Below, piece after piece: positions 38,873 through 52,400 of a stretch of DNA of 64,000 nucleotides; within the stretch, counting starts at the first letter, position 1; each line of letters starts with the position of its first letter. Both the position numbers and the translations under genes were made by a program. Source of the stretch: Eledone cirrhosa (Eukaryota); NCBI GenBank assembly GCA_964016885.1, contig OZ024744.1:1364001-1428000 (forward strand), written 5' to 3'. The notes beneath the pieces were generated by a model. That model was not told where the DNA came from. It worked only from the letters and a program-made list of their open reading frames with translations, and did not search any database.

Positions 38873-41800
38873 TCAAAACGTCGTTCTTCACCAAGCTATC
38901 TTTCTCTACCTTGTCTTCCCCCAAAACTTCGTTCTTCACCAAGCTATCTTTCTCTACCTTGTCTTCCCCCAAAACTTCGTTCTTCGCAAGCTATCTTTCT
39001 CTACCTTGTCTTCTCCCAAAACTTCGTTATTCACCAAGCTATCTTTCTCTACCTTGTCTTCCCCCAAAACTTCGTTCTTCACCAAGCTATCTTTCTCTAC
39101 CTTGTCTTCCCCCAAAACTTCGTTCTTCACCAAGCTATCTTTCTCTACCTTGTCTTCCCCCAAAACTTCTTTCTACACCAAGTCATCTTTCTCTACCTTG
39201 TCATCCCTCAAAACTTCGTTCTTCACCAATCTATCTTTCTCTGCCTTGTCTTCCCCCAAAACTTCGTTCTTCACCAAGCTATCTTTCTCTACCTTGTCTT
39301 CACACAAAACTTCGTTCTTCACCAAGCTATCTTTCTCTACCTTGTCTTCCCTCAGAACTTCGTTCTTCACCAAGCTATCTTTCTCTACCTTGTCTTCCCC
39401 CAAAACTTCGTTCTTCACCAAGCTATCTTTCTCTACCTTGTCTTTCATCAAAACGTCGTTCTTCACCAAGCTCTCTTTCTCTACCTTGTCTTCCCCCAAA
39501 ACTTCGTTCTTCACCAAGCTATCTTTCTCTACCTTGTCTTCCCCCAAAACTTCGTTCTTCACCAAGCTATCTTTTTCTACCTTGTCTTCCCTCAAAACAT
39601 CGTTCTTCACCAAGCTATCTTTCTCTACCTTGTCTTCCCTCAAAACTTCGTTCTTCACCAAGCTATCTTTCTCTACCTTGTCTTCCCCCAAAACTTCGTT
39701 CTTCACCAAGCTATCTTTCTCTACCTTGTCTTCTCCCAAAACTTCGTTATTCACCAAGCTATCTTTCTCTACCTTGTCTTCCCTCAAAACTTCGTTCTTC
39801 ACCAAGCTATCTTTCTCTACCTTGTCTTCCCCCAAAACTTCGTTCTTCACCAAGTCATCTTTCTCTACCTTGTCATCCCTCAAAACTTTGTTCTTCACCA
39901 ATCTATCTTTCTCTACCTTGTCTTCCCCCAAAACTTCGTTCTTCACCAAGCTATCTTTCTCTAGCTTGTCTTCACACAAAACTTCGTTCTTCACCAAGAT
40001 ATCTTTCTCTACCTTGTCTTCTCCCAAAACTTCGTTCTTCACCAAGCTATCTTTCTCTACCTTGCCTTCCCTCAGAACTTCGTTCTTCAACAAGCTATCT
40101 TTCTCTACCTTGTCTTCCCCCAAAACTTCGTTCTTCACCAAGCTATCTTTCTCTACCTTGTCTTCCCCCAAAACTTCGTTCTTCACCAAGCTATCTTTCT
40201 CTACCTTGTCTTCCCACAAAACTTCGTTCTTCACCAAGCTATCTTTCTCTACCTTGTCTTCCCACAAAACGTCGTTCTTCACCAAGCTATCTTTCTCTAC
40301 CTTGTCTTCCCACAAAACGTCATTCTTCACCAAGCTATCTTTCTCTACCTTGTCTTCCGTCAAAACTTCGTTCTTCACCAAGATATCTTTCTCTACCTTG
40401 TCTTCTCCCAAAACTTCGTTCTTCACCAAGCTATCTTTCTCTACCTTGTCTTCCCTCAAACCTTCGTTCTTCACCAAGCTATCTTTCTCTACCTTGTCTT
40501 CCCCCAAAACTTCGTTCTTCACCAAGCTATCTTTCTCTACATTGTCTTCCCCAAAACTTCGTTCTTCACCAAGCTATCTTTCTCTACCTTGTCTTCCCCC
40601 AAAACTTTCTTGTTCACCAAGCTATCTTTCTCTACCTCGTCTTCCCCCAAAACTTCGTTCTTCACCAAGCTATCTTTCTCTACCTTGTCTTCCCCCAAAA
40701 CTTCGTTCTTCACCAAGCTATCTTTCTCTACCTTGTCTTCCCACAAAACGTCGTTCTTCACCAAGCTATCTTTCTCTACCTTGTCTTCCCACAAAACGTC
40801 ATTCTTCACCAAGCTATCTTTCTCTACCTTGTCTTCCGTCAAAACTTCGTTCTTCACCAAGATATCTTTCTCTACCTTGTCTTCTCCCAAAACTTCGTTC
40901 TTCACCAAGCTATCTTTCTCTACCTTGTCTTCCCCCAAAACTTCGTTCTTCACCAAGCTATCTTTCTCTACCTTGTCTTCCCTCAAAACTTCTTTCTTCA
41001 CCAAGCTATCTTTTTCGACCTTGTCTTCCCCCAAAACTTCGTTATTCACCAAGCTATCTTTCTCTACCTCGTCTTCCCCCAAAACTTCGTTCTTCACCAA
41101 GCTATCTTTCTCTACCTTGTCTTCCCCCAAAACTTCGTTCTTCACCAAGCTATCTTTCACGACCTTGTCTTCCCTCAAAACGTCGTTCTTCACCAAGCTA
41201 TCTTTCTCTACCTTGTCTTCCCCCAAAACTTCGTTCTTCACCAAGCTATCTTTCTCTACCTTGTCTTCCCCCAAAACTTCGTTCTTCACCAAGCTATCTT
41301 TCTCTACCTCGTCTTCCCTCAAAACTTCGTTCTTCACCAAGCTATCTTTCTCTACCTTGTCTTCCCCCAAAACTTTGTTCTTCACCAAGCTATCTTTCTC
41401 TACCTTGTCTTCCCCCAAAACTTCGTTCTTCACCAAGCTATCTTTCTCTACCTTGTCTTCCCCTAAAACTTCGTTCTTCACCAAGCTATCTTTCTCTAGC
41501 TTGTCTTCATACAAAACTTCGTTCTTCACCAAGCTATCTTTCTCTACCTTGTCTTCCCACAAAACGTTATTCTTCACCAAGCTATCTTTCTCTACCCTGT
41601 CTTCCGTCAAAACTTCGTTCTTCACCAAGCTATCTTTCTCTACCTTGTCTTCCCTCAAACCTTCGTTCTTCACCAAGCTATCTTTCTCTACCTTGTCTTC
41701 CCCCAAAACTTCGTTATTCACCAAGCTATCTTTCTCTACCTCGTCTTCCCACAAAACTTCGTTCTTCACCAAGCTATCTTTCTCTACCTTGTCTTCCCCC

Positions 41801-44800
41801 AAAACTTCGTTCTTCACCAAGCTATCTTTCACGACCTTGTCTTCCCTCAAAACGTCGTTCTTCACCAAGCTATCTTTCTCTACCTTGTCTTCCCCCAAAA
41901 CTTCGTTCTTCACCAAGCTATCTTTCTCTACCCTGTCTTCCCCCAAAACTTCGTTCTTCACCAAGCTATCTTTCTCCACCTCGTCTTCCCTCAAAACTTC
42001 GTTCTTCACCAAGCTATCTTTCTCTACCTTGTCTTCCCCCAAAACTTTGTTCTTCACCAAGCTATCTTTCTCTACTTTGTCTTCCCTCAAAACTTCGTTC
42101 TTCACCAAGCTATCTTTCTCTACCTTGTCTTCCCCCAAAACTTCGTTCTTCACCAAGCTCTCTTTCTCTACCTTGTCTTCCCTCAAAACTTCGTTCTTCA
42201 CCAAGCTATCTTTTTCGACCTTGTCTTCCCCCAAAACTTCGTTATTCACCAAGCTATCTTTCTCTACCTCGTCTTCCCCCAAAACTTCGTTCTTCACCAA
42301 GCTATCTTTCTCTACCTTGTCTTCCCCCAAAACTTCGTTCTTCACCAAGCTATCTTTCACGACCTTGTCTTCCCTCAAAACGTCGTTCTTCACCAAGCTA
42401 TCTTTCTCTACCTTGTCTTCCCCCAAAACTTCGTTCTTCACCAAGCTATCTTTCTCTACCTTGTCTTCCCCCAAAACTTCGTTCTTCACCAAGCTATCTT
42501 TCTCTACCTCGTCTTCCCTCAAAACTTCGTTCTTCACCAAGCTATCTTTCTCTACCTTGTCTTCCCCCAAAACTTTGTTCTTCACCAAGCTATCTTTCTC
42601 TACCTTGTCTTCCCCCAAAACTTCGTTCTTCACCAAGCTATCTTTCTCTACCTTGTCTTCCCCTAAAACTTCGTTCTTCACCAAGCTATCTTTCTCTAGC
42701 TTGTCTTCATACAAAACTTCGTTCTTCACCAAGCTATCTTTCTCTACCTTGTCTTCCCACAAAACGTTATTCTTCACCAAGCTATCTTTCTCTACCCTGT
42801 CTTCCGTCAAAACTTCGTTCTTCACCAAGCTATCTTTCTCTACCTTGTCTTCCCTCAAACCTTCGTTCTTCACCAAGCTATCTTTCTCTACCTTGTCTTC
42901 CCCCAAAACTTCGTTCTTCACCAAGCTATCTTTCTCTACATTGTCTTCCCCAAAACTTCGTTCTTCACCAAGCTATCTTTCTCTACCTTGTCTTCCCCCA
43001 AAACTTCCTTGTTCACCAAGCTATCTTTCTCTACCTCGTCTTCCCCCAAAACTTCGTTCTTCACCAAGCTATCTTTCTCTACCTTGTCTTCCCCCAAAAC
43101 TTCGTTCTTCACCAAGCTATCTTTCTCTACCTTGTCTTCCCACAAAACTTCGTTCTTCACCAAGCTATCTTTCTCTACCTTGTCTTCCCACAAAACGTCG
43201 TTCTTCACCAAGCTATCTGTCTCTACTTTGTCTTCCCTCAAAACTTCGTTCTTCACCAAGCTATCTTTCTCTACCTTGTCTTCCCCCAAAACTTCGTTCT
43301 TCACCAAGCTATCTTTCTCTCCCTTGTCTTCCCTCAAAACTTCGTTCTTCACCAAGCTATCTTTTTCGACCTTGTCTTCCCCCAAAACTTCGTTATTCAC
43401 CAAGCTATCTTTCTCTACCTCGTCTTCCCCCAAAACTTCGTTCTTCACCAAGCTATCTTTCTCTACCTTGTCTTCCCCCAAAACTTCGTTCTTCACCAAG
43501 CTATCTTTCACGACCTTCTCTTCCCTCAAAACGTCGTTCTTCACCAAGCTATCTTTCTCTACCTTGTCTTCCCCCAAAACTTCGTTCTTCACCAAGCTAT
43601 CTTTCTCTACCTTGTCTTCCCCCAAAACTTCGTTCTTCACCAAGCTATCTTTCTCTACCTCGTCTTCCCTCAAAACTTCGTTCTTCACCAAGCTATCTTT
43701 CTCTACCTTGTCTTCCCCCAAAACTTTGTTCTTCACCAAGCTATCTTTCTCTACCTTGTCTTCCCCCAAAACTTCGTTCTTCACCAAGCTATCTTTCTCT
43801 ACCTTGTCTTCCCCTAAAACTTCGTTCTTCACCAAGCTATCTTTCTCTAGCTTGTCTTCATACAAAATTTCGTTCTTCACCAAGCTATCTTTCTCTACCT
43901 TGTCTTCCCACAAAACGTCATTCTTCACCAAGCTATCTTTCTCTACCTTGTCTTCCGTCAAAACTTCGTTCTTCACCAAGCTATCTTTCTCTAACTTGTC
44001 TTCCCTCAAAACGTCGTTCTTCACCAAGCTATCTTTCTCTACCTTGTCTTCCCCCAAAACTTCGTTCTTCACCAAGCTATCTTTATCTCCCTTGTCTTCC
44101 CTCAAAACTTCGTTCTTCACCAAGCTATCTTTTTCGACCTTGTCTTCCCCCAAAACTTCGTTATTCACCAAGCTATCTTTCTCTACCTCGTCTTCCCCCA
44201 AAACTTCGTTCTTCACCAAGCTATCTTTCTCTACCTTGTCTTCCCCCAAAACTTCGTTCTTCACCAAGCTATCTTTCTCTACCTTGTCTTCTCCCAAAAC
44301 TTCGTTATTCACCAAGCTATCTTTCTCTACCTTGTCTTCCCCCAAAACTTCGTTCTTCACCAAGCTATCTTTCTCTACCTTGTCTTCCCCCAAAACTTCG
44401 TTCTTCACCAAGCTATCTTTCTCTACCTTGTCTTCCCCCAAAACTTCTTTCTACACCAAGTCATCTTTCTCTACCTTGTCATCCCTCAAAACTTCGTTCT
44501 TCACCAATCTATCTTTCTCTGCCTTGTCTTCCCCCAAAACTTCGTTCTTCACCAAGCTATCTTTCTCTACCTTGTCTTCACACAAAACTTCGTTCTTCAC
44601 CAAGCTATCTTTCTCTACCTTGTCTTCCCTCAGAACTTCGTTCTTCACCAAGCTATCTTTCTCTACCTTGTCTTCCCCCAAAACTTCGTTCTTCACCAAG
44701 CTATCTTTCTCTACCTTGTCTTTCATCAAAACGTCGTTCTTCACCAAGCTCTCTTTCTCTACCTTGTCTTCCCCCAAAACTTCGTTCTTCACCAAGCTAT

Positions 44801-47800
44801 CTTTCTCTACCTTGTCTTCCCCCAAAACTTCGTTCTTCACCAAGCTATCTTTTTCTACCTTGTCTTCCCTCAAAACATCGTTCTTCACCAAGCTATCTTT
44901 CTCTACCTTGTCTTCCCTCAAAACTTCGTTCTTCACCAAGCTATCTTTCTCTACCTTGTCTTCCCCCAAAACTTCGTTCTTCACCAAGCTATCTTTCTCT
45001 ACCTTGTCTTCTCCCAAAATTTCGTTATTCACCAAGCTATCTTTCTCTACCTTGTCTTCCCTCAAAACTTCGTTCTTCACCAAGCTATCTTTCTCTACCT
45101 TGTCTTCCCCCAAAACTTCGTTCTTCACCAAGTCATCTTTCTCTACCTTGTCATCCCTCAAAACTTTGTTCTTCACCAATCTATCTTTCTCTACCTTGTC
45201 TTCCCCCAAAACTTCGTTCTTCACCAAGCTATCTTTCTCTAGCTTGTCTTCACACAAAACTTCGTTCTTCACCAAGATATCTTTCTCTACCTTGTCTTCT
45301 CCCAAAACTTCGTTCTTCACCAAGCTATCTTTCTCTACCTTGCCTTCCCTCAGAACTTCGTTCTTCAACAAGCTATCTTTCTCTACCTTGTCTTCCCCCA
45401 AAACTTCGTTCTTCACCAAGCTATCTTTCTCTACCTTGTCTTCCCCCAAAACTTCGTTCTTCACCAAGCTATCTTTCTCTACCTTGTCTTCCCACAAAAC
45501 TTCGTTCTTCACCAAGCTATCTTTCTCTACCTTGTCTTCCCACAAAACGTCGTTCTTCACCAAGCTATCTTTCTCTACCTTGTCTTCCCACAAAACGTCA
45601 TTCTTCACCAAGCTATCTTTCTCTACCTTGTCTTCCGTCAAAACTTCGTTCTTCACCAAGATATCTTTCTCTACCTTGTCTTCTCCCAAAACTTCGTTCT
45701 TCACCAAGCTATCTTTCTCTACCTTGTCTTCCCTCAAACCTTCGTTCTTCACCAAGCTATCTTTCTCTACCTTGTCTTCCCCCAAAACTTCGTTCTTCAC
45801 CAAGCTATCTTTCTCTACATTGTCTTCCCCAAAACTTCGTTCTTCACCAAGCTATCTTTCTCTACCTTGTCTTCCCCCAAAACTTTCTTGTTCACCAAGC
45901 TATATTTCTCTACCTCGTCTTCCCCCAAAACTTCGTTCTTCACCAAGCTATCTTTCTCTACCTTGTCTTCCCCCAAAACTTCGTTCTTCACCAAGCTATC
46001 TTTCTCTACCTTGTCTTCCCACAAAACGTCGTTCTTCACCAAGCTATCTTTCTCTACCTTGTCTTCCCACAAAACGTCATTCTTCACCAAGCTATCTTTC
46101 TCTACCTTGTCTTCCGTCAAAACTTCGTTCTTCACCAAGATATCTTTCTCTACCTTGTCTTCTCCCAAAACTTCGTTCTTCACCAAGCTATCTTTCTCTA
46201 CCTTGTCTTCCCTCAAACCTTCGTTCTTCACCAAGCTATCTTTCTCTACCTTGTCTTCCCCCAAAACTTCGTTCTTCACCAAGCTATCTTTCTCTACATT
46301 GTCTTCCCCAAAACTTCGTTCTTCACCAAGCTATCTTTCTCTACCTTGTCTTCCCCCAAAACTTCCTTGTTCACCAAGCTATCTTTCTCTACCTCGTCTT
46401 CCCCCAAAACTTCGTTCTTCACCAAGCTATCTTTCTCTACCTTGTCTTCCCCCAAAACTTCGTTCTTCACCAAGCTATCTTTCTCTACCTTGTCTTCCCA
46501 CAAAACTTCGTTCTTCACCAAGCTATCTTTCTCTACCTTGTCTTCCCACACAACGTCGTTCTTCACCAAGCTATCTTTCTCTACTTTGTCTTCCCTCAAA
46601 ACTTCGTTCTTCACCAAGCTATCTTTCTCTACCTTGTCTTCCCCCAAAACTTCGTTCTTCACCAAGCTATCTTTCTCTACCTTGTCTTCCCTCAAAACTT
46701 CGTTCTTCACCAAGCTATCTTTTTCGACCTTGTCTTCCCCCAAAACTTCGTTATTCACCAAGCTATCTTTCTCTACCTTGTCTTCCCCCAAAACTTCGTT
46801 CTTCACCAAGCTATCTTTCACGACCTTGTCTTCCCTCAAAACTTCGTTCTTCACCAAGCTATCTTTTTCGACCTTGTCTTCCCCCAAAACTTCGTTCTTC
46901 ACCAAGCTATCTTTCTCTACCTTGTCTTCCCCCAAAACTTCGTTCTTCACCAAGCTATCTTTCACGACCTTGTCTTCCCTCAAAACGTCGTTCTTCACCA
47001 AGCTATCTTTCTCTACCTTGTCTTCCCCCAAAACTTCGTTCTTCACCAAGCTATCTTTCTCTACCTTGTCTTCCCCCAAAACTTCGTTCTTCACCAAGCT
47101 ATCTTTCTCTACCTCGTCTTCCCTCAAAACTTCGTTCTTCACCAAGCTATCTTTCTCTACCTTGTCTTCCCCCAAAACTTTGTTCTTCACCAAGCTATCT
47201 TTCTCTACCTTGTCTTCCCCCAAAACTTCGTTCTTCACCAAGCTATCTTTCTCTACCTTGTCTTCCCCTAAAACTTCGTTCTTCACCAAGCTATCTTTCC
47301 CTAGCTTGTCTTCATACAAAACTTCGTTCTTCACCAAGCTATCTTTCTCTACCTTGTCTTCCCACAAAACGTCATTCTTCACCAAGCTATCTTTCTCTAC
47401 CTTGTCTTCCGTCAAAACTTCGTTCTTCACCAAGCTATCTTTCTCTACCTTAACTTCCCTCAAACCTTCGTTCTTCACCAAGCTATCTTTCTCTACCTTG
47501 TCTTCCCCCAAAACTTCGTTCTTCACCAAGCTATCTTTCTCTACATTGTCTTCCCCAAAACTTCGTTCTTCACCAAGCTATCTTTCTCTACCTTGTCTTC
47601 CCCCAAAACTTCCTTGTTCACCAAGCTATCTTTCTCTACCTCGTCTTCCCCCAAAACTTCGTTCTTCACCAAGCTATCTTTCTCTACCTTGTCTTCCCCC
47701 AAAACTTCGTTCTTCACCAAGCTATCTTTCTCTACCTTGTCTTCCCACAAAACTTCGTTCTTCACCAAGCTATCTTTCTCTACCTTGTCTTCCCACAAAA

Positions 47801-49434
47801 CGTCGTTCTTCACCAAGCTATCTTTCTCTACTTTGTCTTCCCTCAAAACTTCGTTCTTCACCAAGCTATCTTTCTCTACCTTGTCTTCCCCCAAAACTTC
47901 GTTCTTCACCAAGCTATCTTTCTCTCCCTTGTCTTCCCTCAAAACTTCGTTCTTCACCAAGCTATCTTTTTCGACCTTGTCTTCCCCCAAAACTTCGTTA
48001 TTCACCAAGCTATCTTTCTCTACCTCGTCTTCCCCCAAAACTTCGTTCTTCACCAAGCTATCTTTCTCTACCTTGTCTTCCCCCAAAACTTCGTTCTTCA
48101 CCAAGCTATCCTTCACGACCTTGTCTTCCCTCAAAACGTCGTTCTTCACCAAGCTATCTTTCTCTACCTTGTCTTCCCCCAAAACTTCGTTCTTCACCAA
48201 GCTATCTTTCTCTACCTTGTCTTCCCCCAAAACTTTGTTCTTCACCAAGCTATCTTTCTCTACCTTGTCTTCCCCCAAAACTTCGTTCTTCACCAAGCTA
48301 TCTTTCTCTACCTTGTCTTCCCCTAAAACTTCGTTCTTCACCAAGCTATCTTTCTCTAGATTGTCTTCATACAAAACTTCGTTCTTCACCAAGCTATCTT
48401 TCTCTACCTTGTCTTCCCACAAAACGTCATTCTTCACCAAGCTATCTTTCTCTACCTTGTCTTCCGTCAAAACTTCGTTCTTCACCAAGCTATCTTTCTT
48501 TAACTTGTCTTCCCTCAAAACGTCGTTCTTCACCAAGCTATCTTTCTCTACCTTGTCTTCCCCCAAAACTTCGTTCTTCACCAAGCTATCTTTCTCTACC
48601 TTGTCTTCCCCCAAAACTTCGTTCTTCGCAAGCTATCTTTCTCTACCTTGCCTTCCCCCAAAACTTCGTTCTTCACCAAGCTATCTTTCTCTACCTTGTC
48701 TTCTCCCAAAACTTCGTTATTCACCAAGCTATCTTTCTCTACCTTGTCTTCCCCCAAAACTTCGTTCTTCACCAAGCTATCTTTCTCTACCTTGTCTTCC
48801 CCCAAAACTTCGTTCTTCACCAAGCTATCTTTCTCTACCTTGTCTTCCCCCAAAACTTCTTTCTACACCAAGTCATCTTTCTCTACCTTGTCATCCCTCA
48901 AAACTTCGTTCTTCACCAATCTATCTTTCTCTGCCTTGTCTTCCCCCAAAACTTCGTTCTTCACCAAGCTATCTTTCTCTACCTTGTCTTCACACAAAAC
49001 TTCGTTCTTCACCAAGCTATCTTTCTCTACCTTGTCTTCCCACAAAACGTCATTCTTCACCAAGCTATCTTTCTCTACCTTGTCTTCCGTCAAAACTTCG
49101 TTCTTCACCAAGATATCTTTCTCTACCTTGTCTTCCCCCAAAACTTTGTTCTTCACCAAGCTATCTTTCTCTACCTTGTCTTCCCCCAAAACTTCGTTCT
49201 TCACCAAGCTATCTTTCTCTACCTTGTCTTCCCCTAAAACTTCGTTCTTCACCAAGCTATCTTTCTCTAGCTTGTCTTCATACAAAATTTCGTTCTTCAC
49301 CAAGCTATCTTTCTCTACCTTGTCTTCCCACAAAACGTCATTCTTCACCAAGCTATCTTTCTCTACCTTGTCTTCCGTCAAAACTTCGTTCTTCACCAAG
49401 CTATCTTTCTCTAACTTGTCTTCCCTCAAAACGT

Positions 49435-52400
49435 CGTTCTTCACCAAGCTATCTTTCTCTACCTTGTCTTCCCCCAAAACTTCGTTCTTCACCAAGCTAT
49501 CTTTCTCTACCTTGTCTTCCCCCAAAACTTCGTTCTTCGCAAGCTATCTTTCTCTACCTTGCCTTCCCCCAAAACTTCGTTCTTCACCAAGCTATCTTTC
49601 TCTACCTTGTCTTCTCCCAAAACTTCGTTATTCACCAAGCTATCTTTCTCTACCTTGTCTTCCCCCAAAACTTCGTTCTTCACCAAGCTATCTTTCTCTA
49701 CCTTGTCTTCCCACAAAACTTCGTTCTTCACCAAGCTATCTTTCTCTACCTTGTCTTCCCACAAAACGTCGTTCTTCACCAAGCTATCTTTCTCTACTTT
49801 GTCTTCCCTCAAAACTTCGTTCTTCACCAAGCTATCTTTCTCTACCTTGTCTTCCCCCAAAACTTCGTTCTTCACCAAGCTATCTTTCTCTCCCTTGTCT
49901 TCCCTCAAAACTTCGTTCTTCACCAAGCTATCTTTTTCGACCTTGTCTTCCCCCAAAACTTCGTTATTCACCAAGCTATCTTTCTCTACCTCGTCTTCCC
50001 CCAAAACTTCGTTCTTCACCAAGCTATCTTTCTCTACCTTGTCTTCCCCCAAAACTTCGTTCTTCACCAAGCTATCTTTCACGACCTTGTCTTCCCTCAA
50101 AACGTCGTTCTTCACCAAGCTATCTTTCTCTACCTTGTCTTCCCCCAAAACTTCGTTCTTCACCAAGCTATCTTTCTCTACCTTGTCTTCCCCCAAAACT
50201 TCGTTCTTCACCAAGCTATCTTTCTCTACCTCGTCTTCCCTCAAAACTTCGTTCTTCACCAAGCTATCTTTCTCTACCTTGTCTTCCCCCAAAACTTTGT
50301 TCTTCACCAAGCTATCTTTCTCTACCTTGTCTTCCCCCAAAACTTCGTTCTTCACCAAGCTATCTTTCTCTAGCTTGTCTTCATACAAAATTTCGTTCTT
50401 CACCAAGCTATCTTTCTCTACCTTGTCTTCCCACAAAACGTCATTCTTCACCAAGCTATCTTTCTCTACCTTGTCTTCCGTCAAAACTTCGTTCTTCACC
50501 AAGCTATCTTTCTCTAACTTGTCTTCCCTCAAAACGTCGTTCTTCACCAAGCTATCTTTCTCTACCTTGTCTTCCCCCAAAACTTCGTTCTTCACCAAGC
50601 TATCTTTCTCTACCTTGTCTTCCCCCAAAACTTCGTTCTTCGCAAGCTATCTTTCTCTACCTTGTCTTCTCCCAAAACTTCGTTATTCACCAAGCTATCT
50701 TTCTCTACCTTGTCTTCCCCCAAAACTTCGTTCTTCACCAAGCTATCTTTCTCTACCTTGTCTTCCCCCAGAACTTCGTTCTTCACCAAGCTATCTTTCT
50801 CTACCTTGTCTTCCCCCAAAACTTCTTTCTACACCAAGTCATCTTTCTCTACCTTGTCATCCCTCAAAACTTCGTTCTTCACCAATCTATCTTTCTCTGC
50901 CTTGTCTTCCCCCAAAACTTCGTTCTTCACCAAGCTATCTTTCTCTACCTTGTCTTCACACAAAACTTCGTTCTTCACCAAGCTATCTTTCTCTACCTTG
51001 TCTTCCCTCAGAACTTCGTTCTTCACCAAGCTATCTTTCTCTACCTTGTCTTCCCCCAAAACTTCGTTCTTCACCAAGCTATCTTTCTCTACCTTGTCTT
51101 TCATCAAAACGTCGTTCTTCACCAAGCTCTCTTTCTCTACCTTGTCTTCCCCCAAAACTTCGTTCTTCACCAAGCTATCTTTCTCTACCTTGTCTTCCCC
51201 CAAAACTTCGTTCTTCACCAAGCTATCTTTTTCTACCTTGTCTTCCCTCAAAACATCGTTCTTCACCAAGCTATCTTTCTCTACCTTGTCTTCCCTCAAA
51301 ACTTCGTTCTTCACCAAGCTATCTTTCTCTACCTTGTCTTCCCCCAAAACTTCGTTCTTCACCAAGCTATCTTTCTCTACCTTGTCTTCTCCCAAAACTT
51401 CGTTATTCACCAAGCTATCTTTCTCTACCTTGTCTTCCCTCAAAACTTCGTTCTTCACCAAGCTATCTTTCTCTACCTTGTCTTCCCCCAAAACTTCGTT
51501 CTTCACCAAGCTATCTTTCTCTAGCTTGTCTTCACACAAAACTTCGTTCTTCACCAAGATATCTTTCTCTACCTTGTCTTCTCCCAAAACTTCGTTCTTC
51601 ACCAAGCTATCTTTCTCTACCTTGCCTTCCCTCAGAACTTCGTTCTTCAACAAGCTATCTTTCTCTACCTTGTCTTCCCCCAAAACTTCGTTCTTCACCA
51701 AGCTATCTTTCTCTACCTTGTCTTCCCCCAAAACTTCGTTCTTCACCAAGCTATCTTTCTCTACCTTGTCTTCCCACAAAACTTCGTTCTTCACCAAGCT
51801 ATCTTTCTCTACCTTGTCTTCCCACAAAACGTCGTTCTTCACCAAGCTATCTTTCTCTACCTTGTCTTCCCACAAAACGTCATTCTTCACCAAGCTATCT
51901 TTCTCTACCTTGTCTTCCGTCAAAACTTCGTTCTTCACCAAGATATCTTTCTCTACCTTGTCTTCTCCCAAAACTTCGTTCTTCACCAAGCTATCTTTCT
52001 CTACCTTGTCTTCCCTCAAACCTTCGTTCTTCACCAAGCTATCTTTCTCTACCTTGTCTTCCCCCAAAACTTCGTTCTTCACCAAGCTATCTTTCTCTAC
52101 ATTGTCTTCCCCAAAACTTCGTTCTTCACCAAGCTATCTTTCTCTACCTTGTCTTCCCCCAAAACTTTCTTGTTCACCAAGCTATCTTTCTCTACCTCGT
52201 CTTCCCCCAAAACTTCGTTCTTCACCAAGCTATCTTTCTCTACCTTGTCTTCCCCCAAAACTTCGTTCTTCACCAAGCTATCTTTCTCTACCTTGTCTTC
52301 CCCCAAAACTTCGTTCTTCGCAAGCTATCTTTCTCTACCTTGCCTTCCCCCAAAACTTCGTTCTTCACCAAGCTATCTTTCTCTACCTTGTCTTCTCCCA

